Shown here: in pieces, positions 29,291 to 39,530 of the stretch | Numbering within the stretch: the stretch's first letter is position 1 | Layout of the letters: each line of letters opens with the position of its first letter | IMG/VR virus record: IMGVR_UViG_3300047172_000080 | Location: 15,153 to 79,152 of that record | Length of the DNA: 64,000 nt | From: a virus | Strand: one strand, 5' to 3' | Notes under the pieces: model-generated | Database searches by the model: none | The model's input: the letters and a program-made list of their open reading frames with translations, nothing else | What the model was told of the DNA's origin: nothing | Position numbers and translations under genes: made by a program

Positions 29291-29717
29291 TTTTTACTTT
29301 TTCTTCAATGGCTACAAAACTACTTTTCTTTTTATCTTTATTAAAAACAGAAACTAAGGACTTAAGACCGGCAGAAACTTCTTTTAACTCTTTATCTGTT
29401 AACCCTTTCTTGGTATTTTTAACAGCTTTTACCTTATCTATATTATCATCCTTAACTAAGGAAGGAAATTTAAACCTTTGATAATCCTTGTAAGAATTTT
29501 GAGCTAAGTTAAAACCATTTATCTTAAGCTGCATTAACCCTTCAGCCATAGCAGCGTCTCGACCAGTCTTAACGGCACATATATCACTAAGCAGCTGTTG
29601 CTCTGCAAGATACATTATTACTTCTTCACGAGAAGTATTCCAAGACGAGCGTTTTTTAAAATCAAGCCAGCCGTTAGAGAACGCTGTCCAAAGTAACCTT
29701 ATTCGGCGGCTTTCCAA
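29283..29717 (-). CDS. tail assembly chaperone, -1 frameshift extension (gpT-like)
   Basis: Starts with TTG in the -1 frame, overlapping the slippery heptamer of the upstream gene. Confidence 0.65.
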   Translation of the reverse strand: MESRRIRLLWTAFSNGWLDFKKRSSWNTSREEVIMYLAEQQLLSDICAVKTGRDAAMAEGLMQLKINGFNLAQNSYKDYQRFKFPSLVKDDNIDKVKAVKNTKKGLTDKELKEVSAGLKSLVSVFNKDKKKSSFVAIEEKVKNE

Positions 29718-30277
29718 AAATTTGGATCTATTACTGCTCGTTCAAGTTGAAACAACTTGTTTTCAAAAAGCATGAAGGATTTAATAAAAGCAGCTAATTT
29801 ATAAGTACGCCAATTTTTAAATTTATCAGCCTTAGCTTTTACATAAGTACAATAAGGTTTATCTTTATCAATTTGAAAAGTTGCTTTATCAATATCTTTA
29901 GTATCAAAAGGAAAGCCATCAATTGAATCTAACGATAAAGCTAATCTATAAATCATGATAGTTAAAAGATAACTTTCTGTATTATTAGCGACTCCAGATA
30001 TTTCATCTAGATTAATTTGTTTTAAAACATCATTATTTTGATCTACTGTGATAGAATTAAAAACAACTTTTATTTTTCCATCAAACAATAAAGATTCATC
30101 AGAAAAAACAGAGTCAGATATAAATGATTTAAAAAACTGCTCTTTATCTTTTTCTGTAATTTCTGCTTTTACATTATTACTGTCTAAAGAAATTCCTGTA
30201 GGATTCGCAAACTGTTCAGGTAATTGAATCTCAGGTTTTTCTTCTTCTTTAACTACTTCTTTTTTAGGTCTGCCCAT
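29699..30277 (-). CDS. tail assembly chaperone (gpG-like)
   Basis: Ends DPNFWKAAE with A-AAT-TTT heptamer; lies upstream of the tape measure. Confidence 0.65.
   Translation of the reverse strand: MGRPKKEVVKEEEKPEIQLPEQFANPTGISLDSNNVKAEITEKDKEQFFKSFISDSVFSDESLLFDGKIKVVFNSITVDQNNDVLKQINLDEISGVANNTESYLLTIMIYRLALSLDSIDGFPFDTKDIDKATFQIDKDKPYCTYVKAKADKFKNWRTYKLAAFIKSFMLFENKLFQLERAVIDPNFWKAAE
29717..29723 (-). other. programmed -1 ribosomal frameshift site A AAT TTT
   Basis: CCA AAT TTT TGG is an X XXY YYZ heptamer; the -1 frame reads TTG GAA AGC into 29283..29717. Confidence 0.7.
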
Positions 30278-30281
30278 ATGT

Positions 30282-32657
30282 TTATGTTATTTTGTATATT
30301 GGATAATTAGCTAAAGTATCTGTTGATAATAGTTTAGCTGTTGGTAATCCGTCTGTTTTCTCTGCTAAATCTAAACCATCAGGAGTTTTTTGTAAATTAG
30401 TAAATCCAGAAGTATTGATATAAATTGAATCAAATAAATCCGATCCTGGATAAGGATATGAATCATTTACACTTTTCTCCGTCCAAGGAGTATATAACCC
30501 AGTACTTGCAAAAGCATCTTGTTGCTGAGCAATAGTTTGAGGAATAGGGTCCGTTGTACCTTTAATTTTACCGTAAGCAGCTGTAGATAAGAACTTAAAC
30601 TTTAGTTTGGTAAAATCATCCTTAGTATTAAATGAATCTACGTCTTGTAAAACATTAGTAGAAATAAGAGTACTAGCTGGTGCAACTAATGATGGAATAT
30701 CTAAAGCTCCTTTAATAGGATCTACATAAGGGTCATTAGGAATATAAGAAAATCCCATCCATTCTCCTTTCTGACCGAATGCTGTAGAACCTGCTCCACC
30801 TACAGCACAAAAACCAGAAGACGCTAGAATTGCTGAACCAACTGAATATAATCCTAATAAAGTCTCAGCAGCTATTTCAATAGTGTTATTAGAACTTATT
30901 TGTATTAACGATCCTTGTTCTTGAAGAAGGTTATCAGATTTTAAAACCAAATTATTAGCTGCATATTGTAAAATATCTGTAGTGGCATAGTTATAAATAC
31001 CTAAAGTTGATTTAAAGACAATACCTCCAACATTTTCAATGGCTCCACTATTTCCTTTAGGAGTTCCTATAGAAGGAGTATTACCATTAGCTTGAAAAAT
31101 AAGACCTGAATTATCAGAATAAAAATATTGAGCTAAGTCAGACTTAAATCTGATTCCCCCGGTAGTAGAAGATAAATCTATATCATTATTCGAAGCAATC
31201 GATACAAATTGCCCAATTTTACCAATAAGATTTCTTAAAGGTTGTAGGATTAAATCTTTAGCAGGTTGTATATAGATATTTCCGCCTTCAGAAACAATAG
31301 CTGAACCCCATGCATCTTTTAACAAAAATCCACCATTAGGCATTAAATAAAAACCTGATAATCTAAGAGTATAAGCTGCTTGATTTTTAGCTGGTGTTTG
31401 AGGATCTACGTTACCGATATTATTAATAGGAGATTCTTTAGTGATATCTTCGTTAATAGCAAAATCTTTTTCATGTTGATTAATATTACTATAATTCAAA
31501 GTCTGCATTGTATACGCGACATAATCACGTAACTGCAAGAAATACATGAAAGGATTACCCTGCACAGTAAATGAATTATCAAATTCAAATTCTTTTTTTA
31601 CAGGATAAGTAATATTTGAAGCATCGTCTCCCGTAGGATCTTCAGGAGTTCGAATACGTTGAGGAACTCTAATCCAATTTACTTTTTCAATAAACACATC
31701 TTTAATCGTTCTAAAATGTGTTCCACCATCTGTACCTAAATGAAAATTAAAAGCCCCTAAATCAGGAGTTTTTGGAAGTGTTCCATCTAAATCAGGTATA
31801 TTAGTTTTATCAGGAATAGTTAAAAAAACGTTAATGAAATCACCTAATCTACCAAGATAGCTTTTAAATCTTTCTATGGCTTTAACTCGTTCATTAGTTG
31901 TCTGGGTATAAAAATCTATAGAATCATCAGCTGTATTAATTCCTGGTTCTGTAAATGGTTTTACTGCTACATCCTGTGTACGAATAGGAAAACCGTAAGT
32001 TTCTTGAGGAATGTGCGTAGCTGCAAATTCAGCTAATAACGCTTTACCATCATGGTATATATTATAATCCCCTAAAGCTGTCATATGTTGGAAATTATGG
32101 CTTATAATACGCACCAGATCGTCTAGGAGGTGACATTGCACCTGCGCCAGCTCTGACCCCTTAAGATGCGCCATATGCTGAAATAACGCCATCATAACGC
32201 CAAATTCATTAGCTACAACGTGATCTGCGTCGTTAACGTCAGTAGGACGACGCATGTTTTGAAAAAGAGCTTTTCCTACATCTGTACCATATCCTTGTAG
32301 ATTTCCAGAATCTACGATAGAATCACCTTGCCCTATATGACTTCGACCAGGGTAGTCTATATAACCTAAATCCGTATTAGGAGTAGCTCCAATTATGAAA
32401 CATTGTGTAAACGTATTTTTATAGCACAAGACAGTCATTCCCGGTTGGGGAAGATAACAGGATTTAAAACCGAATAAATTAGCAAAACAAGAAGATAGTG
32501 GAATAGCTTGAAATCTTGTAGAAGATGTAGCTTCATTATTAATTGGGCATACAACTACATTATAAGTTATAGGGTCTGAAGATTCTACAACAGCAGTAAA
32601 TAATCCACTAAACTCTTTAGCTTTGTCGGATATCTTGGCGTTATCAAGCTTTGACAT
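30282..32657 (-). CDS. putative baseplate spike/hub (gp5/VgrG-like)
   Basis: N-terminal OB-like LPQPG..V...IIG; later beta-helix-like repeats (GNIYIQPAKDLIL, SNNDIDLSS). Confidence 0.6.
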   Translation of the reverse strand: MSKLDNAKISDKAKEFSGLFTAVVESSDPITYNVVVCPINNEATSSTRFQAIPLSSCFANLFGFKSCYLPQPGMTVLCYKNTFTQCFIIGATPNTDLGYIDYPGRSHIGQGDSIVDSGNLQGYGTDVGKALFQNMRRPTDVNDADHVVANEFGVMMALFQHMAHLKGSELAQVQCHLLDDLVRIISHNFQHMTALGDYNIYHDGKALLAEFAATHIPQETYGFPIRTQDVAVKPFTEPGINTADDSIDFYTQTTNERVKAIERFKSYLGRLGDFINVFLTIPDKTNIPDLDGTLPKTPDLGAFNFHLGTDGGTHFRTIKDVFIEKVNWIRVPQRIRTPEDPTGDDASNITYPVKKEFEFDNSFTVQGNPFMYFLQLRDYVAYTMQTLNYSNINQHEKDFAINEDITKESPINNIGNVDPQTPAKNQAAYTLRLSGFYLMPNGGFLLKDAWGSAIVSEGGNIYIQPAKDLILQPLRNLIGKIGQFVSIASNNDIDLSSTTGGIRFKSDLAQYFYSDNSGLIFQANGNTPSIGTPKGNSGAIENVGGIVFKSTLGIYNYATTDILQYAANNLVLKSDNLLQEQGSLIQISSNNTIEIAAETLLGLYSVGSAILASSGFCAVGGAGSTAFGQKGEWMGFSYIPNDPYVDPIKGALDIPSLVAPASTLISTNVLQDVDSFNTKDDFTKLKFKFLSTAAYGKIKGTTDPIPQTIAQQQDAFASTGLYTPWTEKSVNDSYPYPGSDLFDSIYINTSGFTNLQKTPDGLDLAEKTDGLPTAKLLSTDTLANYPIYKIT

Positions 32658-32699
32658 TTAACCAATGTAATCCCTTTTCAGGAATTTACAATATTAGAT

Positions 32700-33131
32700 T
32701 TAAGCTAAGCTTAACTGTAAGAACTCGATAGTAACAGAATCGATAACTGTCTTACCTTCAGCTTCACCAGCTAGTGAATATTGCGAAACAACACAACCGG
32801 AAGCAAGAACAGAAATACCAGCTCCACCATCGCAAGAGCCAAAGGATACTGTAATAGAACCTGGATTACAAACATTCCAACCTGGACGAGAGAAAAGAGT
32901 TGTTGCATCATCAGTAAGTAAACGAGCAATGTTAATAGAACCTGCAGGCTGACCAGCATAAATAACAGCTTTCTGATTACCTATTGTACGTCTACGAGTA
33001 ATTGGCTGAGCTACACCTATAGAAATATTAGTAGCATCAGTAACAATTCCACCCCAATTTAATATACCATTGTCTGCGGTAATAGGGGCTTCGATTGATT
33101 GTTGATTTTGGCCGAAAACGTCTGTACTCAT
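32700..33131 (-). CDS. tail tube protein
   Basis: 143 aa, after the sheath; Q.I.R...IG...G...G.I...R...GCVV..Y......V..EF pattern. Confidence 0.7.
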   Translation of the reverse strand: MSTDVFGQNQQSIEAPITADNGILNWGGIVTDATNISIGVAQPITRRRTIGNQKAVIYAGQPAGSINIARLLTDDATTLFSRPGWNVCNPGSITVSFGSCDGGAGISVLASGCVVSQYSLAGEAEGKTVIDSVTIEFLQLSLA

Positions 33132-33197
33132 GAAAGTGTTCCTTTATTGTTATTTAATACTACTAAAATCTTTATAGTTATAGAAGCTAATTCTAAT

Positions 33198-33398
33198 TTA
33201 TTTTAATCCTAGTTGCCTAACTACCTCATCAAAATTCTTATCTTCTCCTCTAGTAAGACGTATATAGCCATTCCTACTAGGTAAAAATTTAAAAAGTACC
33301 GCAGGTTCTCCGTCTTCAGTATCAATCAACATAGACTGTGCATCTTTTGTTGAAAAAAGAACAGGATTTTTAAAATCTCCTCCTATTACAACGTGCAT
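33198..33398 (-). CDS. hypothetical protein
   Basis: 66-aa ORF in the operon. Confidence 0.5.
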   Translation of the reverse strand: MHVVIGGDFKNPVLFSTKDAQSMLIDTEDGEPAVLFKFLPSRNGYIRLTRGEDKNFDEVVRQLGLK

Positions 33399-33613
33399 AA
33401 TTCGCTAGCTTGTTTATTAATGTTTATTAAATGACTAATAGTATCTAAATCTTCAACATCATAATCCAATTCATCATCAGAATATTTTTCTAAAGTTTCT
33501 TGTATATAAGGCGTATGGCAAGCATATTTCCACAAGGATAATAGATCAAAATCACTTAATCCATTATCCGTTGCGGATTTAATAAAACCTGCAATAAAGG
33601 CATCCTTATTCAT
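33386..33613 (-). CDS. small GFxKxA-leader family protein
   Basis: MNKDAFIAGFIKSATDNGLSDFDLLSLWKYA matches the leader of the head-module proteins. Confidence 0.6.
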   Translation of the reverse strand: MNKDAFIAGFIKSATDNGLSDFDLLSLWKYACHTPYIQETLEKYSDDELDYDVEDLDTISHLININKQASELCTL

Positions 33614-33618
33614 TAACT

Positions 33619-36600
33619 TTATGCTGTTGTCGCAGATACTGTAACTGTCTGACCTACAACAAGATTAAGATTAATAATATTAAGAGGATAACCAACAACA
33701 AGCTGAACTACGATATTAACTTTATCAAGGAACGTAGCATCTTGGGCTATAGATACAACCTGAGAACCAGGAAGTAATTGAGGACCAGCGGGAGTATCTT
33801 GATTAAGTGTTTGTAGAGTAATTAATAGCGCGTTGAGGGAATCCTTCATCAAACGTAAGGTAAATGAATTAATGTTATATTTACCAACATAAGGCTGTAA
33901 ATTAGCCTTCATTTGATAACTAACACTATCAACATTACGAGTAATTGAATCTTCTGCAGAATTTAGATTTCCAGAAGCTTCCGCAGTTGTTAATTGCTGG
34001 CGAATATATGGAGTAGCCCCAATTGCAGTCTGAGTTAAAATAAATGCACCATTCTCAGCTAAAGTATTAAGATTAGCATAATTGAAGTTTGTCAATGTTT
34101 CAGAAAGATCATCACATCCTAAAACTGTAGCGTTTGTTAATCCTTGATTAGCAGGAACACCTGATGCTAATCCTGCAACTTGAGCAGCTATTAAATATCC
34201 AGGTGTAACAACGCCAGCAGACTTTGCGGTATCAGGAACAATAACTCTGACACGCCTATCATTATAAGCTCCAATTAAAGCACCTAAATTAGCTGCTTGT
34301 TCAGAAGAAGTATAATTACGTTGTAATTGGAATTTAGTACCTACTGAGATAGGACCAGCAAGACCTACTGTAGTAACAAGTGAACTATTAGTTCTAACTT
34401 CTGCAACAGGAATTGAAGTGTAAGAAACAGTACCATTAGGATTAGAGATAAAGTTAATAAATACATTATCTCCTGGTCTAACTCCGTCAGTTACAAATGA
34501 AGCACCAACAACACTGAATAATGAATAAGTAGTCGTAGGATTTTCTGGATCAGCAGCTACAGTAGCTAACCAATTACTGTTATTAGGCTGTTCATTATAA
34601 AGAAGTTTAGATGAAACATTAGGAATAGATATCCAAGCGATTCTCCAATTACCAACAGTTGAAGAACTTTGGGCATCTGCAAAAGCTACAACAGCTTCCT
34701 GAACAGTAGGATCAAAAGTCATTGGAACTAAACTATAACCTTGGCTTGCTCCACTTGTACCTGCAAGAATACCAAGTGCAGTATTAAATCCAGTAAGATC
34801 ATTGCTAGCAACACTAATATAGCTTACTGAAGCACCTGCACTATTTAATAATGCATAGTAGCACCCTTGAGCTATTGGGTTAGCAGGATCAATAGTACCG
34901 ACAACAGCAGTAATCTGGCTAGAATCAGTAAATGTTCCTACTGAAGTTGAATTAGTTGGAACTAATGCACGATAAGTAACGAAAAGATTACCGGCAGTTA
35001 TTGGTAACGCAACTGGAACTCCCCCAGCGACTAATAGAGGATCACTTGTTGTAATACCTGAATTAATTGTAATACCTGTAGTAGTTGGAGCATAATTTAA
35101 AGTACCATCAACGACAGAAGCAATAGGATTAACTAAATAACCTTGTTGAACTTCAGAAAGAACTACTGTAAATGTAGAAGCACTAGCAATACTAGCCGCA
35201 GGTAAGTTATCTGCAAAAACCAAACTCTTAACTGCCCCTAGTAAAGGAGCGTTAGCTGGAATATAGTATTTATCACCTAAGATAAATCCACCATTGTTAG
35301 ATCCAGCTGCAAAAGCACCAGTAACTCCTAGTGTGCCAACTTGGAAAACTGTAGAAGCAATAGGTTGAACATTAGGTGAATTATCTACATTTGATGATGT
35401 AACGCTAAGAATTGCTGCAGTGGAGGCATTAGAACCATTAGAAGCTAATAATGGCCCACCACGAACAACAGTAAGAGTATAAACTATATTACTAGCACCA
35501 GTATATGTTCCAGCACCAGTAGGCTTAACTTGAGCAACTGTGGCACTAACTGCTAGTGTCCAAGCATTACCAACAATAAATGTACCTGAGCCAGTTACTG
35601 TAAAGTTAACTACGTTGTTACCATTATTATCAATTGGCAATGTACCTGACGAAATTGTTACACCAGTAACAGGAGTAAATGCTCCTGCAGCTGAACTAAC
35701 TGTAAATACAGCGGCTCCTAATAATCCACCAGTTGTACAAGTGACTGTGTAGGTATCACTTAGAATTCTTTGAGTATTATATCCAACATAAGCCGTACCT
35801 GATTTAGCTACTATTGTAAGACTTCCAGGAGCTGATCCAGGACCTGAATAAGTTGGACTACCAATAACTGAGGTGTTAATAGCTGCGTTAGCAGGATCAT
35901 TATAAGTTCCACCAACTGTATAAGTTAACCCTGTAGCACCTGAAGCAATTGAGCTACTTAAAGTAATCGAAGAAGGACTGTTATAAGCAACAATCTTGAA
36001 AGCACCTATTGTATTAATGGTAATAAAATTATTAACCATAGCTGCAGTAAATGGAGCCGTAACTGATGTAAATATGGGAGAACTAGATGTAGTTACACCA
36101 TCGGTAGCAGTTGCTAAAACTGGGGCGACAACTGAAGCTAATCCACTGTTCTGTGCAACTGTATCTGCGACTAAACCTGTAACCTTAGTAGTTAATGTAT
36201 TACCTAAGTTATCAGTAATAACGGCAACGTCTCCAACTTGAACATCTCTATTTGAAAGATACGAAGAACGGTTGAAACCATTTAAAGTTTGGGCAACAGT
36301 TCCTGAACCATTGGTAAATCTTAAACGATTAGGATAAGGACTACCACTAGGAGCAGTTACCAAAGCTGCTGCGGCATTTCCACTATTGCTGCTTAAACCA
36401 GTATTAGGAAGATATTGAGCTAAAACATTATCAATATTTAAAGCTACAAATGAGGTATCTACTGTAGTACCTACAGGCTGATTAGGATAAGCATAAGTAA
36501 CATCAGTTTCGTATTGATATTCATTTCCTAAAGAAGGAGTTGTAGGATTAACAACTGCGGTGCTAGCTTTTTCAGCTGCTACTAAATATCTAAATAAATC

Positions 36601-36711
36601 ATATTGCGCTCCAATAACAAGAGCATTAAGAATTGGGGTACTGTCAGTAGGAGTCTGTAAAAAAGTCTGACTGACGTAAACATTTGGTGGTGTGTAAGAG
36701 GATAAAGCCAT
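33619..36711 (-). CDS. contractile tail sheath protein
   Basis: YTPPNVYVSQ N-terminus; C-terminal GYLIAAQVAGL...QGLTN...IRQQLTT...EDSITRNVD...YPLN.I.L.L sheath motifs. Confidence 0.85.
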   Translation of the reverse strand: MALSSYTPPNVYVSQTFLQTPTDSTPILNALVIGAQYDLFRYLVAAEKASTAVVNPTTPSLGNEYQYETDVTYAYPNQPVGTTVDTSFVALNIDNVLAQYLPNTGLSSNSGNAAAALVTAPSGSPYPNRLRFTNGSGTVAQTLNGFNRSSYLSNRDVQVGDVAVITDNLGNTLTTKVTGLVADTVAQNSGLASVVAPVLATATDGVTTSSSPIFTSVTAPFTAAMVNNFITINTIGAFKIVAYNSPSSITLSSSIASGATGLTYTVGGTYNDPANAAINTSVIGSPTYSGPGSAPGSLTIVAKSGTAYVGYNTQRILSDTYTVTCTTGGLLGAAVFTVSSAAGAFTPVTGVTISSGTLPIDNNGNNVVNFTVTGSGTFIVGNAWTLAVSATVAQVKPTGAGTYTGASNIVYTLTVVRGGPLLASNGSNASTAAILSVTSSNVDNSPNVQPIASTVFQVGTLGVTGAFAAGSNNGGFILGDKYYIPANAPLLGAVKSLVFADNLPAASIASASTFTVVLSEVQQGYLVNPIASVVDGTLNYAPTTTGITINSGITTSDPLLVAGGVPVALPITAGNLFVTYRALVPTNSTSVGTFTDSSQITAVVGTIDPANPIAQGCYYALLNSAGASVSYISVASNDLTGFNTALGILAGTSGASQGYSLVPMTFDPTVQEAVVAFADAQSSSTVGNWRIAWISIPNVSSKLLYNEQPNNSNWLATVAADPENPTTTYSLFSVVGASFVTDGVRPGDNVFINFISNPNGTVSYTSIPVAEVRTNSSLVTTVGLAGPISVGTKFQLQRNYTSSEQAANLGALIGAYNDRRVRVIVPDTAKSAGVVTPGYLIAAQVAGLASGVPANQGLTNATVLGCDDLSETLTNFNYANLNTLAENGAFILTQTAIGATPYIRQQLTTAEASGNLNSAEDSITRNVDSVSYQMKANLQPYVGKYNINSFTLRLMKDSLNALLITLQTLNQDTPAGPQLLPGSQVVSIAQDATFLDKVNIVVQLVVGYPLNIINLNLVVGQTVTVSATTA

Positions 36712-36740
36712 AATTTGTAATTTCCTAATCGATTCTCTTA

Positions 36741-36769
36741 ATAATAATGGGTTACTGTATAATTTGCAA
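36741..36769 (-). promoter_or_regulatory. sigma70-like promoter for the sheath operon
   Basis: TTGCAA-N17-TATTAT. Confidence 0.45.
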
Positions 36770-36780
36770 TGCCTTATTTA

Positions 36781-37473
36781 CTATTGATTTAATAAGGGAG
36801 AATAGTTTGTTAAATTGAGAAAAACTGTTTTACTAATCGTTTTAAGTTTTAAGTGATCGCCTATGATTAAAGTGTTCGAATCAAACGTGACATCTATGGG
36901 GATAATTACAATATAATAATCCTTACATTCTTTATATTCTTGAGGTTTAGTAATCGCAGCCATACGAAACCATCTAAACTTAAAATCGTTCTTTATTTGA
37001 TGTTCGAATTGTAAAAGAGGTTTAGCTGTCCATTCAGCTATTTGTTCTGCAAGTCCTACAGGAGAAGCAATGCAGGCAATATTACATCTCATTGAAGAAA
37101 TGTGTAATTTAGTTTCTTCACTGTTAATAGGATTAATCTTAGTACGTTGCCCTATTACGGGAGAAGTATAACTAGCATCGCCACGAGCTACAATTATGGA
37201 TGGGCGCATGTTCAAAGGATTTGGAGCCCACTCTAATTCCATTCCTATAAATACATTTGAATCATTTGCTGTTAGATTAATAGCATTAGCTTTATATCTT
37301 TGATTAAAACCATAACCAGAAAGAGCAGGATCATCGTTTAACCAGTGTGTAGTAACTATTTCTTTTATAATTCTTTGTACATTGTAAGGAGTTAAATAAA
37401 GAGTAGCCTTAGGAGTATCCAACGCCTCTCTTTCCATTGGAGACTGGTAAGGGAGAGGTAATTCAATAGGCAT
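36781..37473 (-). CDS. putative tail terminator/completion protein
   Basis: Immediately upstream of the sheath; RPSIIVARG motif. Confidence 0.55.
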   Translation of the reverse strand: MPIELPLPYQSPMEREALDTPKATLYLTPYNVQRIIKEIVTTHWLNDDPALSGYGFNQRYKANAINLTANDSNVFIGMELEWAPNPLNMRPSIIVARGDASYTSPVIGQRTKINPINSEETKLHISSMRCNIACIASPVGLAEQIAEWTAKPLLQFEHQIKNDFKFRWFRMAAITKPQEYKECKDYYIVIIPIDVTFDSNTLIIGDHLKLKTISKTVFLNLTNYSPLLNQ

Positions 37474-37474
37474 A

Positions 37475-37795
37475 TTAAAAACACTCCACTAATAAATTTT
37501 TTTCCTGCATTTGTTCATCAACCCATTCCATAATAGTTTGTCCCATTTCTATTTCATTAGCTCTAATATTACACCAACTTTTAAATCGTGGATCATTAGC
37601 TAACTTTGTAAATGCTTGTTCCTTATTTCTATGTTGTTCACGATGATCTTGGCAATATTTTGATACACCTGAAGATTCGTGTGTAATTCTACAAGCACTG
37701 GATGTTTTTTGTTTGTGCTGCCCACCATTTCCAGAGCCTCTCAAATATTCAATTTTAAAATCTTTTTTTGTTAATTTAAAAATAGGTTTATTCAT
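37475..37795 (-). CDS. stand-alone class I release-factor (peptidyl-tRNA hydrolase, GGQ) domain protein
   Basis: RGSGNGGQHKQKTSSACRITH..SG...CQDHREQHRNKEQA. Confidence 0.9.
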   Translation of the reverse strand: MNKPIFKLTKKDFKIEYLRGSGNGGQHKQKTSSACRITHESSGVSKYCQDHREQHRNKEQAFTKLANDPRFKSWCNIRANEIEMGQTIMEWVDEQMQEKNLLVECF

Positions 37796-38640
37796 TAAAC
37801 TCCAGGTTGCTGATCCAATGGAAGCTGTGAAATTTGATAACTTGGAACAGGAATTTGATAAACTGTATCGGAAGTTGGAAGCAGTTGCAAACTAAGTTTT
37901 TGAACTAGTTGGATAGATGTTCCTGGAAAATAAACTCCTTGAGGAGAAGGGTCATCTGCCACATTATATCGTTCTCCTGTTTGAGCATTGACAATAACGT
38001 CTCGTGAATCCACAAAAGGAAAACCTAGAGTTCTAACCATAACACTTAAACTTTCCTTAACACCTTGTCCATCAGGTGATTGTGTCTTTCCTCTAATTGA
38101 TTGCTCTTTCCTAAATACCATAGGTACTGGAGCAAAATAACCACCAGTTATACCTACTCCATAACCTCCTATATTATCTGTAAGTACTGCACCAGAAATA
38201 GGGTCAACACTACTTAAGTCTATTTGACCATAAACTTTTCTTTTTAATAGATAACCTTGCCATCCTGCAAATTTACTAGAGAGCAATGCTTCTTTACGAA
38301 TAATATCAGAAGCCATTCTATATTTTCTTTTAGTAGTAGGAGTCGAATCAAAAGAAAGTATTTCAGAATAATAAATGTTATTACTTCCTGTAGTTAATTT
38401 AACTCTGTAAAGTAAATCTCTAGACCAATTTTGTTTAATTCCTGTGTCATCTATAGCAAAAAAAGAATCACCTGCATTAATAGTATAAATTATTTCTGAA
38501 AAATCAAAAGTAGATGAAGCTTCTACTTGAAAATTATAAGGAGGTATATCAACAAAGCCTTGAGCTATTCGCCACTGTAATTGATGCCCAGTGGAAAAAT
38601 TAAGTCTAACAGTAAAGTTACTAAATACAGGTGAAGGCAT
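37795..38640 (-). CDS. putative neck/head-closure protein
   Basis: Synteny; YGVGITGGYFAP motif. Confidence 0.55.
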   Translation of the reverse strand: MPSPVFSNFTVRLNFSTGHQLQWRIAQGFVDIPPYNFQVEASSTFDFSEIIYTINAGDSFFAIDDTGIKQNWSRDLLYRVKLTTGSNNIYYSEILSFDSTPTTKRKYRMASDIIRKEALLSSKFAGWQGYLLKRKVYGQIDLSSVDPISGAVLTDNIGGYGVGITGGYFAPVPMVFRKEQSIRGKTQSPDGQGVKESLSVMVRTLGFPFVDSRDVIVNAQTGERYNVADDPSPQGVYFPGTSIQLVQKLSLQLLPTSDTVYQIPVPSYQISQLPLDQQPGV

Positions 38641-38641
38641 G

Positions 38642-38917
38642 TTATAAGTATCGCGCTATTTGATTAGCAAAGGCAACTGAAAAACCTCTAGCTTGATAAT
38701 AAGATGAATGTTTATAAATATTATAAAATGGTTTAAATCGTTGGTCAGCTATTACTTTAGGTAACGCATTTATTATTGAAGAAGGATCTTTTTTTCCTGG
38801 AGCTATATACCCTCTTAAGATCTGTGCAATCTTCTTAAATCCTTTAAGCCTAAATAAAAAATCAGCTGCCTTGGTAGGGTTAGATAAATTTTTTAATACT
38901 TCTACAATACTAGTCAT
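38642..38917 (-). CDS. small basic hypothetical protein
   Basis: 91-aa ORF in the neck operon. Confidence 0.5.
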   Translation of the reverse strand: MTSIVEVLKNLSNPTKAADFLFRLKGFKKIAQILRGYIAPGKKDPSSIINALPKVIADQRFKPFYNIYKHSSYYQARGFSVAFANQIARYL

Positions 38918-38920
38918 AGG

Positions 38921-39367
38921 CTAAGGAAAAGCTATTCGACCCCAATCAGAACCTTTTCTACCATAACACTGAGATAAATTTTGATTAGTTTTAAGATTAG
39001 TAACCATATTTACATGTTCATCCCAAAGTTCTTTACCTAATGCTTTAAATATTTCAGCTTTATCTTTATCATTAATTTGAACACCGTTTTCTGAATAAGT
39101 TAAATTATTTGAAGCTTCATTAATAGATGCTGAACTTAACAAGTAACCAGCTACTCCCCTAATTAATAAATATCTAGAAGGATAAGACTCAGCACTTACC
39201 CAAACATTACTAGGAGGATTTGTTATATTATAAAAATCGCAAACAGATAAAATAGCTTCATTAATCATTTCATCTGACCAACGACAACCATCAACAAGTG
39301 AGTTAAATTGTGGTTTGTCCTGAAGGAATAGACGAATTTTATCATTGGTAACTATAGATTGAGCCAT
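38921..39367 (-). CDS. putative head-tail adaptor (neck) protein
   Basis: IRLFLQD...SDE.I..A...N...P...LTYSENGVQINDK pattern; synteny. Confidence 0.6.
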   Translation of the reverse strand: MAQSIVTNDKIRLFLQDKPQFNSLVDGCRWSDEMINEAILSVCDFYNITNPPSNVWVSAESYPSRYLLIRGVAGYLLSSASINEASNNLTYSENGVQINDKDKAEIFKALGKELWDEHVNMVTNLKTNQNLSQCYGRKGSDWGRIAFP

Positions 39368-39373
39368 ATCCTA

Positions 39374-39402
39374 ATAGTACCAGTTATAACTATGTTTTAC
39401 AA
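39374..39402 (-). promoter_or_regulatory. sigma70-like promoter for neck genes
   Basis: TTGTAA-N17-TACTAT with extended TG. Confidence 0.5.
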
Positions 39403-39530
39403 CTAACCAATAATCTTTCTTAAATTCTGAATAATTATTCTAATAAAACTTTTAACAGGTTTATTTTTAAACCTTTCTATAGGCCAACCAAATTTATCCT
39501 TTAAATACCAAGGGTAGTCTGTATTTTCCA

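Noticed and set aside
17907-37473. Extracellular contractile injection system or tailocin rather than a phage
   Set aside because: Capsid, protease, scaffold and neck genes plus typical phage accessory genes are present. Portal and terminase were not recognised and probably lie outside the window.
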